Source of the DNA: Chthoniobacteraceae bacterium
GTDB taxonomy: Bacteria > Verrucomicrobiota > Verrucomicrobiia > Chthoniobacterales > Chthoniobacteraceae
Length of the DNA: 64,000 bases
Assembly (NCBI GenBank): GCA_031409335.1
Contig: JANNWY010000212.1
Span: forward strand, 1 to 64,000
Direction of reading: 5' to 3'
Translations under genes and position numbers: made by a program
The notes under the pieces: model-generated
Databases searched by the model: none
What the model was told of the DNA's origin: nothing
The model's input: the letters and a program-made list of their open reading frames with translations, nothing else
Part shown: positions 37,413 through 47,542 of the stretch, in pieces
Position numbering within the stretch: position 1 is the first letter of the stretch
Layout of the letters: each line of letters starts with the position of its first letter

Positions 37413-37576
37413 TCCGGGTAGCACGCTCGTCCCGAGCGTTGGTCATGGCGTCCCGCCAGGACGAACTTCCAGCGCTGCCGCTGCGGAAGGCGTGAACGAA
37501 CTCGGACCGATACGTCATGGAAGTCCGCGAAGGCGGGACGCCTTTGCCAACGCTCGGGACGAGCGGGCTACCCGGA
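37413..37576. repeat. GTAG-type REP-like palindrome overlapping the valS stop
   Basis: TCCGGGTAGCACGCTCGTCCCGAGCGTTGG ... CCAACGCTCGGGACGAGCGGGCTACCCGGA. Confidence 0.85.
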
Positions 37577-40372
37577 AAGCGCGTCGTGCATTTTTTGAAA
37601 CTGCGCGAGTTTTTCGGACCAGGCGGTTTCGCGCTGGCGGTGTTCTTCGAGCACTTTGGCGGGGACTTTGGCGGCGAAGTTTTCGTCGGCGAGTTTTGCG
37701 CGGACTTTGCCGAGTTCGTCTTCGGCTTTCGCGATCTCTTTGGAAAGGCGGGCGCGCTCCGCTTCCACGTCGATGAGACCTTCGAGGGGAAGGTAAAGCT
37801 CGCCGAGCGGCGTGAGCGCGGTGGGCGTGCCTTTCGGCGCGATCCAATCCGCGCCGACGACATCGAGCGTCTCCGCATTCAAGAGCAGGCGCAGGACGGC
37901 GGCTTCGTGCTCGGGCAGCTCGGTGGCGGGGCGGAAGACGAAACGGACGCGTTTGTTGCTGGCGATGTTGAAATCGCGGCGCAGTCCGCGACCGAGATTC
38001 ACGACTTCGTATTTCGCATTCGCGTAACGCTCGTCGCTTTCATCGAGGCAGAAATGTTCGCGCTCGTTGTGCGTCATGGCGGTGGGCCAGCGCGCGGTCA
38101 TGATCGTGAGCCCGCCTTGATCGGCAGGCAGGTCCGTGGCGTAGCCGAGGCTTTGCCACAGCTCTTCGGTGATGAATGGGAGCATCGGATGGAGCAGGCG
38201 CAGGGTGTGGCCGAGCACGAAATCCATCACGGCGAGCGTGTTTGCTTTGCGCGCGTCGGGCGCGTCCGCCGGGTTGCCGACGCGGACCTTGCTGGCCTCG
38301 AGATACCAGTCGCAATACTCGTTCCAAAAGAAGCGGTAGAGCACTTGGGTCGCCTCGGTGAAATTGTAGCCGTGCAGCGCGAGCGACGTTTCGCGGACGG
38401 CAACGTCGAGCCGCATCAGGATCCATTTGTCGTCGCTCGTGAGCAGCGCGGGGTCGATCTCGGCCTCGGTTTCGCCGCCGTGCATTTGGCGGAAACGCGT
38501 GGCGTTCCAGAGCTTCGTGCAGAAGTTGCGGCCGAGTTCGACGTTCTTTTCGTCGAAGAGAATATCCGCGCCGAGCGGCGCGCTGCGCATCACGCCGAGC
38601 CGCAGCGCGTCCGCGCCGTAGTTCGCGATGAGATCAAGCGGGTCGGGCGAATTGCCGAGCGACTTCGACATTTTGCGGCCCTGTTTGTCGCGGATGATGC
38701 CGGTGAAATAGACGTTCATGAACGGCTTTTCGCCCATCCATTCGTAGCCGGCCATGATCATGCGCGCGACCCAGAAGAAGATGATGTCCGGCCCGGTGAC
38801 GAGATCGTTCGTGGGATAAAACTGGTTCAGCGTGTCCGTGTTTTCCGGCCAGCCCATCGTGGCGAAAGGCCACAGCCAGCTCGAAAACCAGGTGTCGAGA
38901 ACGTCGGGATCTTGCGTCCAATTTTCCGCGTCGGGCGGCGGCTCGATGCCGACGTAAATCTCGCCCGCGCCGATCACGCACGCCGTGCCGGATTCCGAAA
39001 GCTGCGACGGCGAAGCATCTGTGTTTCGATACCACACGGGCACGCGATGTCCCCACCAGAGCTGCCGGGAGATGCACCAGTCTTGCAGATTGCCCATCCA
39101 GTGATCGTACACTTTCGACCAGCGATCGGGAAAAAAGCGCGTCTCGCTGCTGGCGACGACGTTCCGCGCATCCTGCTGGCTCGGGTATTTCAGGAACCAT
39201 TGCTCGCTGAGCCGCGGCTCGATCGGCACGTCGGCGCGTTCGCTGTAGCCGACGTTGTTTTGGTAAGGCTCCTCCTTTTCGAGCGCGCCGAGTTCCTTCA
39301 GAATCTCGACGGCTTTCGTGCGAGCATCGAAGCGATCAAGGCCCGCGAGATCGGCTCCGGCGGCGGTGCTCATGGTGCCGCGGGCGTCGATGACTTCGAT
39401 GGCGGGCAGGCCGTGGCGCTGGCCGATCTCGAAATCCGCCTTGTCGTGCGCGGGCGTGACTTTCAAAACGCCAGTGCCGAAATCGAACACGACGGCATCA
39501 TCGCCCACGATCGGGATGGGTGCCTGATTTTCGCGGGGCAGCGGACGGCGCACATGCTTGCCGATGAGGTGCGCATAGCGCGCGTCCTTCGGATTCACCG
39601 CGACGGCGGAATCGCCGGGAATGGTCTCGGGTCGCGTCGTGGCGATGGTAAGCCATTCCCCTCCAACTCCTGATCTTGATCCTGCTCTTGCTCTTGATCC
39701 TTCCGAATCCGACGAGGGATCAGGATCAGGATCAGGAATCACCTCGACTTTGAAATAATAGAGCGTGCCGTTCGTCGGCTTCATCGTGACCTCCTCGTCG
39801 CTCAGCGCCGTCAGCGCGGCGGGACACCAATTTACCATGCGCTTTCCGCGATAGATCATCCCCTTTTTGTAGAGATCGACGAAGACGCTCTGCACGCAGC
39901 GCGAATACTCCGGGTCCATCGTGAAACGCGTGCGCGACCAGTCGCACGATGCGCCGAGCGCGCGGAGCTGTTGTAAAATGATGCCGCCGTATTTCTCCTT
40001 CCACTCCCAGATTTTCGCGACGAGCGCCTCGCGCCCGAGATCGTCGCGATGTTTCATCTCGCCGGATTTACGCAGCGATTTTTCGACGACATTCTGCGTG
40101 GCGATGCCAGCGTGATCGGTGCCCGGAAGCCACAGCACTTCCTTCCCCATCATCCGCGCGCGGCGGGCGAGGATGTCCTGGATGGTGTTATTTAGAACAT
40201 GTCCGAGGGTGAGGACGCCGGTGACATTTGGCGGCGGGATGACGATGGAATACCCAGGCCGCATCGCTGAAACGCGCTCGGGCCGGGCGGTGAAACATTC
40301 GTGCTCCAGCCAGTACGCATACCACTTCGCTTCGACGGAAGCGGGCGTGTAGGTGGCGGCGATTTCTGGCAT
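37568..40372 (-). CDS. valS: Valine--tRNA ligase
   Basis: PPPNVTG, DHAGIATQ, ATTRPET, DWCISRQLWWGH, KMSKS, C-terminal coiled coil. Confidence 0.98.
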   Translation of the reverse strand: MPEIAATYTPASVEAKWYAYWLEHECFTARPERVSAMRPGYSIVIPPPNVTGVLTLGHVLNNTIQDILARRARMMGKEVLWLPGTDHAGIATQNVVEKSLRKSGEMKHRDDLGREALVAKIWEWKEKYGGIILQQLRALGASCDWSRTRFTMDPEYSRCVQSVFVDLYKKGMIYRGKRMVNWCPAALTALSDEEVTMKPTNGTLYYFKVEVIPDPDPDPSSDSEGSRARAGSRSGVGGEWLTIATTRPETIPGDSAVAVNPKDARYAHLIGKHVRRPLPRENQAPIPIVGDDAVVFDFGTGVLKVTPAHDKADFEIGQRHGLPAIEVIDARGTMSTAAGADLAGLDRFDARTKAVEILKELGALEKEEPYQNNVGYSERADVPIEPRLSEQWFLKYPSQQDARNVVASSETRFFPDRWSKVYDHWMGNLQDWCISRQLWWGHRVPVWYRNTDASPSQLSESGTACVIGAGEIYVGIEPPPDAENWTQDPDVLDTWFSSWLWPFATMGWPENTDTLNQFYPTNDLVTGPDIIFFWVARMIMAGYEWMGEKPFMNVYFTGIIRDKQGRKMSKSLGNSPDPLDLIANYGADALRLGVMRSAPLGADILFDEKNVELGRNFCTKLWNATRFRQMHGGETEAEIDPALLTSDDKWILMRLDVAVRETSLALHGYNFTEATQVLYRFFWNEYCDWYLEASKVRVGNPADAPDARKANTLAVMDFVLGHTLRLLHPMLPFITEELWQSLGYATDLPADQGGLTIMTARWPTAMTHNEREHFCLDESDERYANAKYEVVNLGRGLRRDFNIASNKRVRFVFRPATELPEHEAAVLRLLLNAETLDVVGADWIAPKGTPTALTPLGELYLPLEGLIDVEAERARLSKEIAKAEDELGKVRAKLADENFAAKVPAKVLEEHRQRETAWSEKLAQFQKMHDALSG

Positions 40373-40458
40373 AAAGCGCGGACGTTGAACGATGCGAAGA
40401 CGCTTGGCAACGCTGCGGTGCGCTTGCGCTGCGGGGCGCTTCTGCTTTAGTCGCGGCC

Positions 40459-40686
40459 ATGTCGCCCGATCGCATTCGTGAAAAGATTCACGCCACGCCG
40501 TTCGTTCCTTTCGTCGTGGAGATGATGGGCGGAAAGCGCGTGCGGGTGAAGGGTCACGACTATGTGATCCTGTCGCCGGCTGGGCGGACGCTGATCGTGT
40601 ATGACGACTCGGAGCGGGTGGAAATGCTGGACGTTTCGCAGATCAAGGACATCGCGGACGACGGGGCGGAAGCAGCGACGGTGTAG
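40459..40686 (+). CDS. Small hypothetical protein (PVC-type 'PFxPF' family)
   Basis: 75 aa, PFVPFVVEMMGGKRVRV. Confidence 0.65.
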   Translation: MSPDRIREKIHATPFVPFVVEMMGGKRVRVKGHDYVILSPAGRTLIVYDDSERVEMLDVSQIKDIADDGAEAATV

Positions 40687-40719
40687 GTGCGGCGGCGCTT
40701 GGCGATAGGAACGAAATTT

Positions 40720-41247
40720 ATGCCTGACGACTCGCGCACGAACCAACCCCCGCAACGCATCGGGTGGACCACGCCGCTTTTGGGGCTCATTGTGATCGCG
40801 CTGCTGATCGCCGTGACGGGGCTGCTTTCCGACCGCGCGCTGAATAACAAGCGGGTGGAGACGCAGCGGGCGGCGGAGATGGATCGGGCGGCAACGGCGG
40901 AGGCGGGTGCGCGGCAGCAGATCGAGGATATGACGAGGGAAGCGGCGCAGCGCGAGGCGGTGTTTGCGGGGCGGGAAGGGGAGCTGCGCCAGCGCGAGGT
41001 GGCCATCGCCGGGCGCGAAAACGCGGCGACAGAGCGGACGGAGAGCAGCTTTCAGGGGCTGCTGATCCAGCAGCAGCTCACGAAGAATCTCGAAGCCTTA
41101 AAGGCCAGCTTCCCCGACCTGACGCCGGAGATGGAGCGCCTGGCACGCGAGCACGCGCAGGCTGAAGCAGAGCGGCAGCGTCTTCAAAAAGAGAACGTGG
41201 AACTGAGGCGGAAAGTGAAAGCGCCCGAACCCTTGGAAAGCCGGTGA
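40720..41247 (+). CDS. Hypothetical membrane-anchored coiled-coil protein
   Basis: Single TM followed by an E/R/Q/A-rich helix. Confidence 0.65.
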   Translation: MPDDSRTNQPPQRIGWTTPLLGLIVIALLIAVTGLLSDRALNNKRVETQRAAEMDRAATAEAGARQQIEDMTREAAQREAVFAGREGELRQREVAIAGRENAATERTESSFQGLLIQQQLTKNLEALKASFPDLTPEMERLAREHAQAEAERQRLQKENVELRRKVKAPEPLESR

Positions 41248-41317
41248 ATCCAGTGTTTATCGGGCTTTACGGATTAACCCTCGCGGGTGCGCATGGCGTG
41301 TGCTTGAGTCAAAACGA

Positions 41318-41629
41318 ATGAACAGTTCGGGCCAGAAAACCGGGGTCTCGATTGCGGTGATGATCTGCGTCATCATCGTCGCGGGAATCGCCGTGGACTG
41401 GTGGGACGCGCGCCAGTCGCATATGGCGTCAAAGCCGGCGTTGGAGGTGGTGAGCGGGGATGCCACTGTGAAGCGGCTGGTGGACGAGAATGAACGGCTG
41501 AAGACGGACATCGCGCTGCTCAACATGCAGAACGATTCGCTTCGCAAGCAGATCGATGAGCTGAATCAAAAGCCAGTCGAGCCGCCGAAAGTGGAAGTCG
41601 TCAAGGGTGACAAGCCAGGCGAGGACTGA
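41318..41629 (+). CDS. Hypothetical membrane-anchored coiled-coil protein
   Basis: Single TM followed by heptad repeats. Confidence 0.65.
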   Translation: MNSSGQKTGVSIAVMICVIIVAGIAVDWWDARQSHMASKPALEVVSGDATVKRLVDENERLKTDIALLNMQNDSLRKQIDELNQKPVEPPKVEVVKGDKPGED

Positions 41630-41644
41630 GGAGCGCGCCGCTTT

Positions 41645-42664
41645 TCACCACTGAATGACGGAACTGGCCCAGGTGAGGCCGCCTCCGAAAACCACGAGCA
41701 GGACGTAATCGCCGACCTCCATCCGGCCCGTGCGATTCGCCTCATCGAGCGCGATGGCGACGGCGGCTGCGCTGGTGTTGCCGTAGCGATCCAGGTTGAT
41801 CATGAAGCGGTCCATCGGGATTTTCAGCCGGTGCGCGATGGCTTCGATGATGCGGAGATTTGCCTGATGCGGGATGATGCAGGCGAGATCCTCGGGCTTG
41901 AGATTGGCATCGGCGAGAACGCGCTGGGTTGCCTCGAGCATGGAGGTCACGGCGTGTTTGTAAGTCTCCTTGCCGTTCATTTTTATGCAGTTCAGGCGCT
42001 GGTCGGCGTTGTCCTTGTTGATCGGAAATCTGGAGCCGCCACCAGGGATGTAGAGGATGTCGCTGAGCCCGCCGTCACTGCCCATGAAGGTGCTGACGAC
42101 GCCGTGCCCGCCGCCGCGATGCCGGAGAATGGCCGCGCCCGCACCGTCGCCGAAGAGCACGCAGGTATTGCGATCGGTCCAATCGACGATGCTGGAGAGC
42201 TTCTCGGCGCCGATGACGAGGATCGTGTCGTAAGTGTGCGAAGTGATGAACTGCTGCGCGATTTCCACCGCGTAGAGAAAGCCGGAGCAGGCGGCGCTGA
42301 CGTCGAAGCACGCCGCATTGGTCGCGCCGATCTTGGTTTGCACGAAGCATGCGGTGCTGGGAAAAAACATGTCGGGCGTGACAGTCGCAACGAGGATGAG
42401 GTCGATCTCGTCCGCGGTGATGCCCGCATTTTCCATCGCGGCGAGCGCAGCCTTCGCAGCCAGGTCGCTCGTGCTTTCGTCGTCCGCCGCGATCCGCCGC
42501 TCCTTGATGCCGGTGCGCGTCACGATCCACTCGTCATTGGTATCGACCATCTTTTCGAGGTCGGCATTGGTCAGCACGCGCTCCGGCACGTAGCTGCCCG
42601 TGCCGATGATGGAGACGGTGCGCTTGGACTTAACTTTGCGGAGTTGCGGCTGCGGAGGATTCAT
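41645..42664 (-). CDS. fabH: 3-oxoacyl-ACP synthase III
   Basis: RTGIKERR, AACSGF, LFGDGAGA, PHQAN, YGNTSAA. Confidence 0.97.
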   Translation of the reverse strand: MNPPQPQLRKVKSKRTVSIIGTGSYVPERVLTNADLEKMVDTNDEWIVTRTGIKERRIAADDESTSDLAAKAALAAMENAGITADEIDLILVATVTPDMFFPSTACFVQTKIGATNAACFDVSAACSGFLYAVEIAQQFITSHTYDTILVIGAEKLSSIVDWTDRNTCVLFGDGAGAAILRHRGGGHGVVSTFMGSDGGLSDILYIPGGGSRFPINKDNADQRLNCIKMNGKETYKHAVTSMLEATQRVLADANLKPEDLACIIPHQANLRIIEAIAHRLKIPMDRFMINLDRYGNTSAAAVAIALDEANRTGRMEVGDYVLLVVFGGGLTWASSVIQW

Positions 42665-43655
42665 AGCGTTGCACGGCTTCGACAATGTGGGGATTGACCT
42701 GATGACGGATGGATTCGCACGCCATGCGGATGGCATTGCGGATGGCGAGCGGCGAACTGCCGCCGTGCGCGATAATGCACACGCCATTCACGCCGAGCAG
42801 CGGCATCCCGCCGTATTCGTCGGAGTTGGTTTTTTGGTGGATGCGTTTGAGCGCCGGTTTCGCGAGCAATCCGCCGAGGCTGGTGATCACGCCCTGTTTG
42901 ATCTCGTGTTTCACCCAGCGGAAAATTGCGTGGGCAATCGCCTCGCTGGTCTTGAGGACGATGTTGCCGGTGAAACCATCGGCGACGACCACCTCGACGG
43001 GGTTTTCAAAAAGATCGTGTCCCTCGACATTCCCGCGGAAATTCAGCCCGCTCGTCTTCAGCATCTCGAAAGTCTCGCGCGTGAAATCGTTGCCCTTTTC
43101 ATCCTCCGTGCCGATCGACATCAGCCCGACGCGCGGATTCGAATAACCGAGCACATGACGCGAATAAACCGTCCCCATGATGGCATTCTGGAGCATCTGC
43201 AGCGGCGTCGGATCGGTGTTGGCCCCCGCGTCGATCAGCACGAAAAGATTTGTCTCCGTCGGCATCGTCGCTGCGATACCGGGCCGGTCGATGCCGGGCA
43301 GCGTGCGCAGTTTGATGGTGCTCGCCGCCACCGCCGCGCCCGTATGCCCCGCGCTCACGATCGCCTCCGCGTCGCCCTTTTTCACCAAATCGACCGCACG
43401 ACTGACCGACGAATCCTTCTTCCGCCGCACCGCATCCACCGCGCTGTCGCCCATCTCGACGACCTGCGTGCAGTGGACGATTTCGACGCGACGATCCGTG
43501 CAGCCAATGCGCTTCAACTCCGCCTCGATCCGCGCGGTGTCGCCAGTCAGGAAGAGTTTTTCGATGTCGGGAAAGTCGCGCAACGCAAGCGCGGCACCCT
43601 CGACGAGTTTTGGCGGGCCGTCGTCGTGGCCCATCGCGTCGAGCGCAATCTTCAT
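42630..43655 (-). CDS. plsX: Phosphate acyltransferase
   Basis: IALDAMG, SAGHTGA, DAGAN, DGFTGN, LLGVNG..IIAHG. Confidence 0.97.
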   Translation of the reverse strand: MKIALDAMGHDDGPPKLVEGAALALRDFPDIEKLFLTGDTARIEAELKRIGCTDRRVEIVHCTQVVEMGDSAVDAVRRKKDSSVSRAVDLVKKGDAEAIVSAGHTGAAVAASTIKLRTLPGIDRPGIAATMPTETNLFVLIDAGANTDPTPLQMLQNAIMGTVYSRHVLGYSNPRVGLMSIGTEDEKGNDFTRETFEMLKTSGLNFRGNVEGHDLFENPVEVVVADGFTGNIVLKTSEAIAHAIFRWVKHEIKQGVITSLGGLLAKPALKRIHQKTNSDEYGGMPLLGVNGVCIIAHGGSSPLAIRNAIRMACESIRHQVNPHIVEAVQRYESSAAATPQS

Positions 43656-43694
43656 GGGCGCATTTCGGGCGCGGTGCGGAGGATCATCAAGCGT

Positions 43695-43736
43695 AAAAAC
43701 GAAAGCAGCCGCTCGCGCGCGAAGGCGGAGCGGCTG
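43695..43736 (-). terminator. Probable intrinsic terminator after rpmF
   Basis: CAGCCGCTC...GAGCGGCTG hairpin followed by CTTTCGTTTTT on the minus strand. Confidence 0.65.
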
Positions 43737-43754
43737 GAATTCGGAATGAGCTAA

Positions 43755-43937
43755 CTAGGCGGACTCGATCGTCAGCACCTGGCGGCCCTTGTAGTAGCCG
43801 CAGGAAGGGCAGGCGATGTGCGCGGGGAGGGCGCTGCCGCACTGGCCGCACTTGTGGAGCATGGCGGCGTGCCAGCGGTTGGCGGCTTTGCGCGTGCGCA
43901 GCCGCATCTTGGATACTTTGCGTTTTGGGACACCCAT
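43755..43937 (-). CDS. rpmF: 50S ribosomal protein L32
   Basis: MGVPKRKVSK, CGQC...CPSCGYYKG. Confidence 0.97.
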   Translation of the reverse strand: MGVPKRKVSKMRLRTRKAANRWHAAMLHKCGQCGSALPAHIACPSCGYYKGRQVLTIESA

Positions 43938-43953
43938 TTTAGTAAGTCGTAAA

Positions 43954-44409
43954 TTATTTCAGTTTCAGTTGATCCAGCGCGCCCCAGACTTCTCGGGTGT
44001 CGGAGAGCGGCTCTTCCGGTATTTCGGTTTGCTTGCGAAACGCGGCTTTGCATTCTCTCTCGCCATCCCAGTCGCAATGCGGATGGGGCGGAAGGGCGAG
44101 CAAAGTGTCCTCCCTCACCCGCTCTGTCAAGTCCACGGTTTCGCGCCCGGTCAGTTCCATCTGGCAGGCAAAATCCGGCACTTCGAGCGTGAACGGGAAG
44201 TGTTCGAGACACGCGACGCACACGAGATCGAGCGGGACGGAGAGCGATCCCGTGGCGAAAAGCCCGCCCTCGCTGAGCCCGACATCCAGCGCATACGCGA
44301 TCGGCCCGGTCGGCCGGGCGATTTCATCATTCAACTCAAGAACGCTGCTCGGCTCCTCGCCTTCGAGGTGAAGGCCTTCGGATGGGATTTGCAGGATGTG
44401 GACTTTCAT
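43954..44409 (-). CDS. yceD: YceD / DUF177 family protein
   Basis: CVACL, LALPPHPHC...CK; canonical position upstream of rpmF. Confidence 0.9.
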   Translation of the reverse strand: MKVHILQIPSEGLHLEGEEPSSVLELNDEIARPTGPIAYALDVGLSEGGLFATGSLSVPLDLVCVACLEHFPFTLEVPDFACQMELTGRETVDLTERVREDTLLALPPHPHCDWDGERECKAAFRKQTEIPEEPLSDTREVWGALDQLKLK

Positions 44410-44544
44410 AGAACTGGTTCGGTTTTAATGGGCGGCATGGCTTTCGAACGCGAAATCGGGCTTTTGGCAAACGCGAGATGCTTGCACAGACGCCGCCATT
44501 TTGCCAACGGCACGCGCAGTTTTGCCACCGTCGCAGCCGGAAGG

Positions 44545-45708
44545 TTACTTTCCGCCGCGTCCTTCCGCGATCACTTCAAGGAGTGCTTCCGCCGCGCTCG
44601 TGACTTCAAACCGCGATTGAAAACTCCGCGCCGCGTCGGCCCGCATCGCTTCCTTTTGAGCGGGTGCCAGCGCGAGCCACCGCTCCAGCAGGCGCGTGGT
44701 GCCCGCTTCGTCATCGCATTCCACCACACCGGCTTCGTCTTCCGCGATCTCGCGCCAGATGTTCACTTTGTTTGAAATGAGGACCGGCGTTCCGCACGCG
44801 AGCGCTTCGGCGACGGCGATGCCAAAATTTTCCTGATGCGAGGGAAGGACGAATGCCTCGGCGAGCCGCAACATGCCCCACTTCACGTCACCGGAAACCG
44901 TGCCAGCCCAACGGATTTGGCCGGCGACTTGCAAGCGATCGGCGAGCGCGCGGAGTTCGTTCATCCAGCCAGTTTGGTCTGGCCCGGCAAATGCGAGAAG
45001 CAGATCGGGCTTCGGTGAGTTTAGGATTTTGGCGAAGGCCTTGATGAGCAGGTCGCAGCCCTTTTTTTCGTGGATGCGACCGAGGAAAAGGAAGATGCGT
45101 TTTCCCTCAAGCTCGGGGAACCGCTCCAGCGCCGCTCGCTTTTGAGCATCGGAGTTGCCAGTCGGCGCGGCGATGCCGAAGTTCACCACCTTCTCGCGAC
45201 AGCGATAGAGCCAGAACGATTCGCGGGCCATGCGTCGTTCTTCATCGCAGGTAAAGAGCACCGCCTTTGCATCGCGCAACACGCGGTAGTCGGCCCAGGG
45301 CCAGTAGGCCCATTTTTTCAGGTGCTTGAGCGGATACGCGCGCTTGAACCACGGATCGAGCATCCCGTGCGGGAATACGAAATAGGGCGTGTCGGTGCCG
45401 CGCAGTGCGCGCCAGACGCCGAGGCCGCTGTATTGCCAGAGGCCGTTGACGATGACGGCGTCGTAGTCGCGGCGGTGCGCGGCGAGCCACGGCAGGAGCT
45501 TGGAGCTATAGCCGTAGCTGGTGCGACCGGGGCCGACGGCGTGGACTTTCACGGGGCAGGCGCGCACCCACGCCGCCTCGGGTGCGTCGAGCGAGACGAT
45601 GTCGCACTGGTGGCCTGCGGCGGCGTGGACGAGCGAGACCTGCTGGATGGCCTCGATCACTCCGCCGCCCGCGGGGTTCACGGAATGGATGGAGTGCAGG
45701 ATGCGCAC
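44545..45708 (-). CDS. GT4 family glycosyltransferase
   Basis: PHGMLDPW, GRIHEKKG, PSHQENFGIAVAEALACGTPV. Confidence 0.93.
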   Translation of the reverse strand: MRILHSIHSVNPAGGGVIEAIQQVSLVHAAAGHQCDIVSLDAPEAAWVRACPVKVHAVGPGRTSYGYSSKLLPWLAAHRRDYDAVIVNGLWQYSGLGVWRALRGTDTPYFVFPHGMLDPWFKRAYPLKHLKKWAYWPWADYRVLRDAKAVLFTCDEERRMARESFWLYRCREKVVNFGIAAPTGNSDAQKRAALERFPELEGKRIFLFLGRIHEKKGCDLLIKAFAKILNSPKPDLLLAFAGPDQTGWMNELRALADRLQVAGQIRWAGTVSGDVKWGMLRLAEAFVLPSHQENFGIAVAEALACGTPVLISNKVNIWREIAEDEAGVVECDDEAGTTRLLERWLALAPAQKEAMRADAARSFQSRFEVTSAAEALLEVIAEGRGGK

Positions 45709-45714
45709 TGCTGG

Positions 45715-46194
45715 CTAGCCGCTGAATTTTTCGCGCAACGCGCGCGCCACGGATGGCGGGACGAACGCCTCCACATTGCCGCCGAGGCGCGCGATTTCCT
45801 TCACGATACGGGAGCTGAGATACGTGTATTCCTCGCGCGGGGTGAGGAAGATCGTCTCGATGGACGAATCGAGTTTGCGGTTCATCAACGCCATCTGAAA
45901 TTCAAACTCGAAGTCCGAAATGGCGCGCAATCCGCGCACGACTGCGGCGGCGTTTTCGCTCTTCGCAAACTCCACGAGCAGGCCGTCGAAGCAGGCGACG
46001 CGGATGTTTCCCGCGCCGGCGATGCTCTCGCGAATCAAAGCCATGCGCTCTTCCACGGTGAACATGCCTTTCTTCTGATCGTTGAACGCGACGGCGACGA
46101 CGAGTTCGTCGAAGAGCTTTGCGGCGCGATGGATGACATCGAGATGGCCCGTGGTGATCGGGTCGAAGCTGCCGGGATAAATCGCGCGTCGCAT
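45715..46194 (-). CDS. coaD: Phosphopantetheine adenylyltransferase
   Basis: YPGSFDPITTGH, RGLRAISDFEFE, LSSRIVKE. Confidence 0.98.
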   Translation of the reverse strand: MRRAIYPGSFDPITTGHLDVIHRAAKLFDELVVAVAFNDQKKGMFTVEERMALIRESIAGAGNIRVACFDGLLVEFAKSENAAAVVRGLRAISDFEFEFQMALMNRKLDSSIETIFLTPREEYTYLSSRIVKEIARLGGNVEAFVPPSVARALREKFSG

Positions 46195-46212
46195 GGCGGC
46201 CCGAAGCGTCCG

Positions 46213-47433
46213 CTAAAACGTGTGAATGAAAAGCCCGGAGCGTAACTTTGGCTCAAACCAGGTGCTTTTCGGCGGCATGATCTGGCCGGCATCCGCGATG
46301 GCCATGAGCTGCGCGACGGTGGTGGGATACATGGAAAACGCGACCGCGGCCTTTCCCGAATCGACGAGCTGGACGAGTTCGCCCGTGCCGCGGATGCCGC
46401 CGATGAAGTCGATGCGTTTGCTGGTGCGCACATCTTCGATGCCGAGCAGCGGCGCGAGCAGGCGGTCTTGCAACGCGGTGACATCGAGTTGCGAAATCGG
46501 GTCCAAATTCGCGGAAAGTCGCCACGCGAGATCGTACCACGCGCCGTCGAAATACATGCGGATTTCGCCGGGCTGCGCAGGCGTGGCGCTGCCGTTTGGC
46601 TTGAGCGAAAATGCGGCGCCGACGGCTGCAAGAAACGCTTCTTTGCTGAGTCCGTTGAGGTCTTTCACCGCGCGATTGTATGGCAAAATCTGGAGCTGGC
46701 TTGCGGGGAAAAGGACGGCGAGGAACCAGTTGTACTCCTCGCTGCCAGTGTGCGCCGGATTCGCCTCGCGACGCTCCCGCCCGACTCGCGCGGCGCTTGC
46801 CGTGCGATGGTGACCGTCGGCGACGTAGGAGCACGGCACACTTTTGAAAAGCTCCACAAACTCCGCTCCACCCGCGATTCGCCAAACCGTGTGCTGGATG
46901 CCATCCGGCGCGGTGAGATCGTAAAGTGGCGCGCTGTTCTGCGCGGCGGTCACGAGCGCGTCGATTTTTGCGTCATCGCGGTACGTGAGGAAAACCGGGC
47001 CGGTGTCGGCGCTGAGCGTGCCGATGAGCCGCGTGCGATCGTCCTCTTTGTCGGGGCGTGTCTTCTCGTGTTTTTTGATGATGTCCTGCTCGTAGTCCTC
47101 GATGTGGCAAACCGCCGCGAGGCCGGTCTGCACGTGGGAGCCCATGCGCTGCTGATAGAGATAAATGCAGGGCTCGGTTTCGCGGATGAGCGCGCCGTTT
47201 TTTTGAAGTGCGAGGAAGTTTTCGAGCGCCTTTGCATAGACTGCTTCCGAATACGGATCAGTCTCCGGCGGCAGGTCGATTTCCGCGCGATCGACGTGGA
47301 GAAGGCTGTGCGGTTTGCCCGCGGCGAGGGCGGCAGATTCCTCGCGATTGACAACGTCGTAAGGGACGCAGGCGACTTCGGAGACGAGTGCGGGCGCGGG
47401 CCGGAGCCCTTGAAAAGCCTTGAGGCGGAGCAT
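46213..47433 (-). CDS. DUF1015 family protein
   Basis: PYDV, IKKHEKTR, ADGHHR, MPPKSTWFEPKLRSG. Confidence 0.93.
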   Translation of the reverse strand: MLRLKAFQGLRPAPALVSEVACVPYDVVNREESAALAAGKPHSLLHVDRAEIDLPPETDPYSEAVYAKALENFLALQKNGALIRETEPCIYLYQQRMGSHVQTGLAAVCHIEDYEQDIIKKHEKTRPDKEDDRTRLIGTLSADTGPVFLTYRDDAKIDALVTAAQNSAPLYDLTAPDGIQHTVWRIAGGAEFVELFKSVPCSYVADGHHRTASAARVGRERREANPAHTGSEEYNWFLAVLFPASQLQILPYNRAVKDLNGLSKEAFLAAVGAAFSLKPNGSATPAQPGEIRMYFDGAWYDLAWRLSANLDPISQLDVTALQDRLLAPLLGIEDVRTSKRIDFIGGIRGTGELVQLVDSGKAAVAFSMYPTTVAQLMAIADAGQIMPPKSTWFEPKLRSGLFIHTF

Positions 47434-47486
47434 AGGCGGCAGAGGAAACGGGATTCGCCGCGGGTGCGCAAGCGATTCGTGGAAAC

Positions 47487-47517
47487 AAAAACGGCGACGG
47501 TTTCGATGCCGTCGCCG
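47487..47517 (-). terminator. Intrinsic terminator after the planctomycete cytochrome c gene
   Basis: CGGCGACGG/CCGTCGCCG stem with T5 on the minus strand. Confidence 0.75.
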
Positions 47518-47542
47518 CTTTCAAGAATCCGCTGGAATCGCG

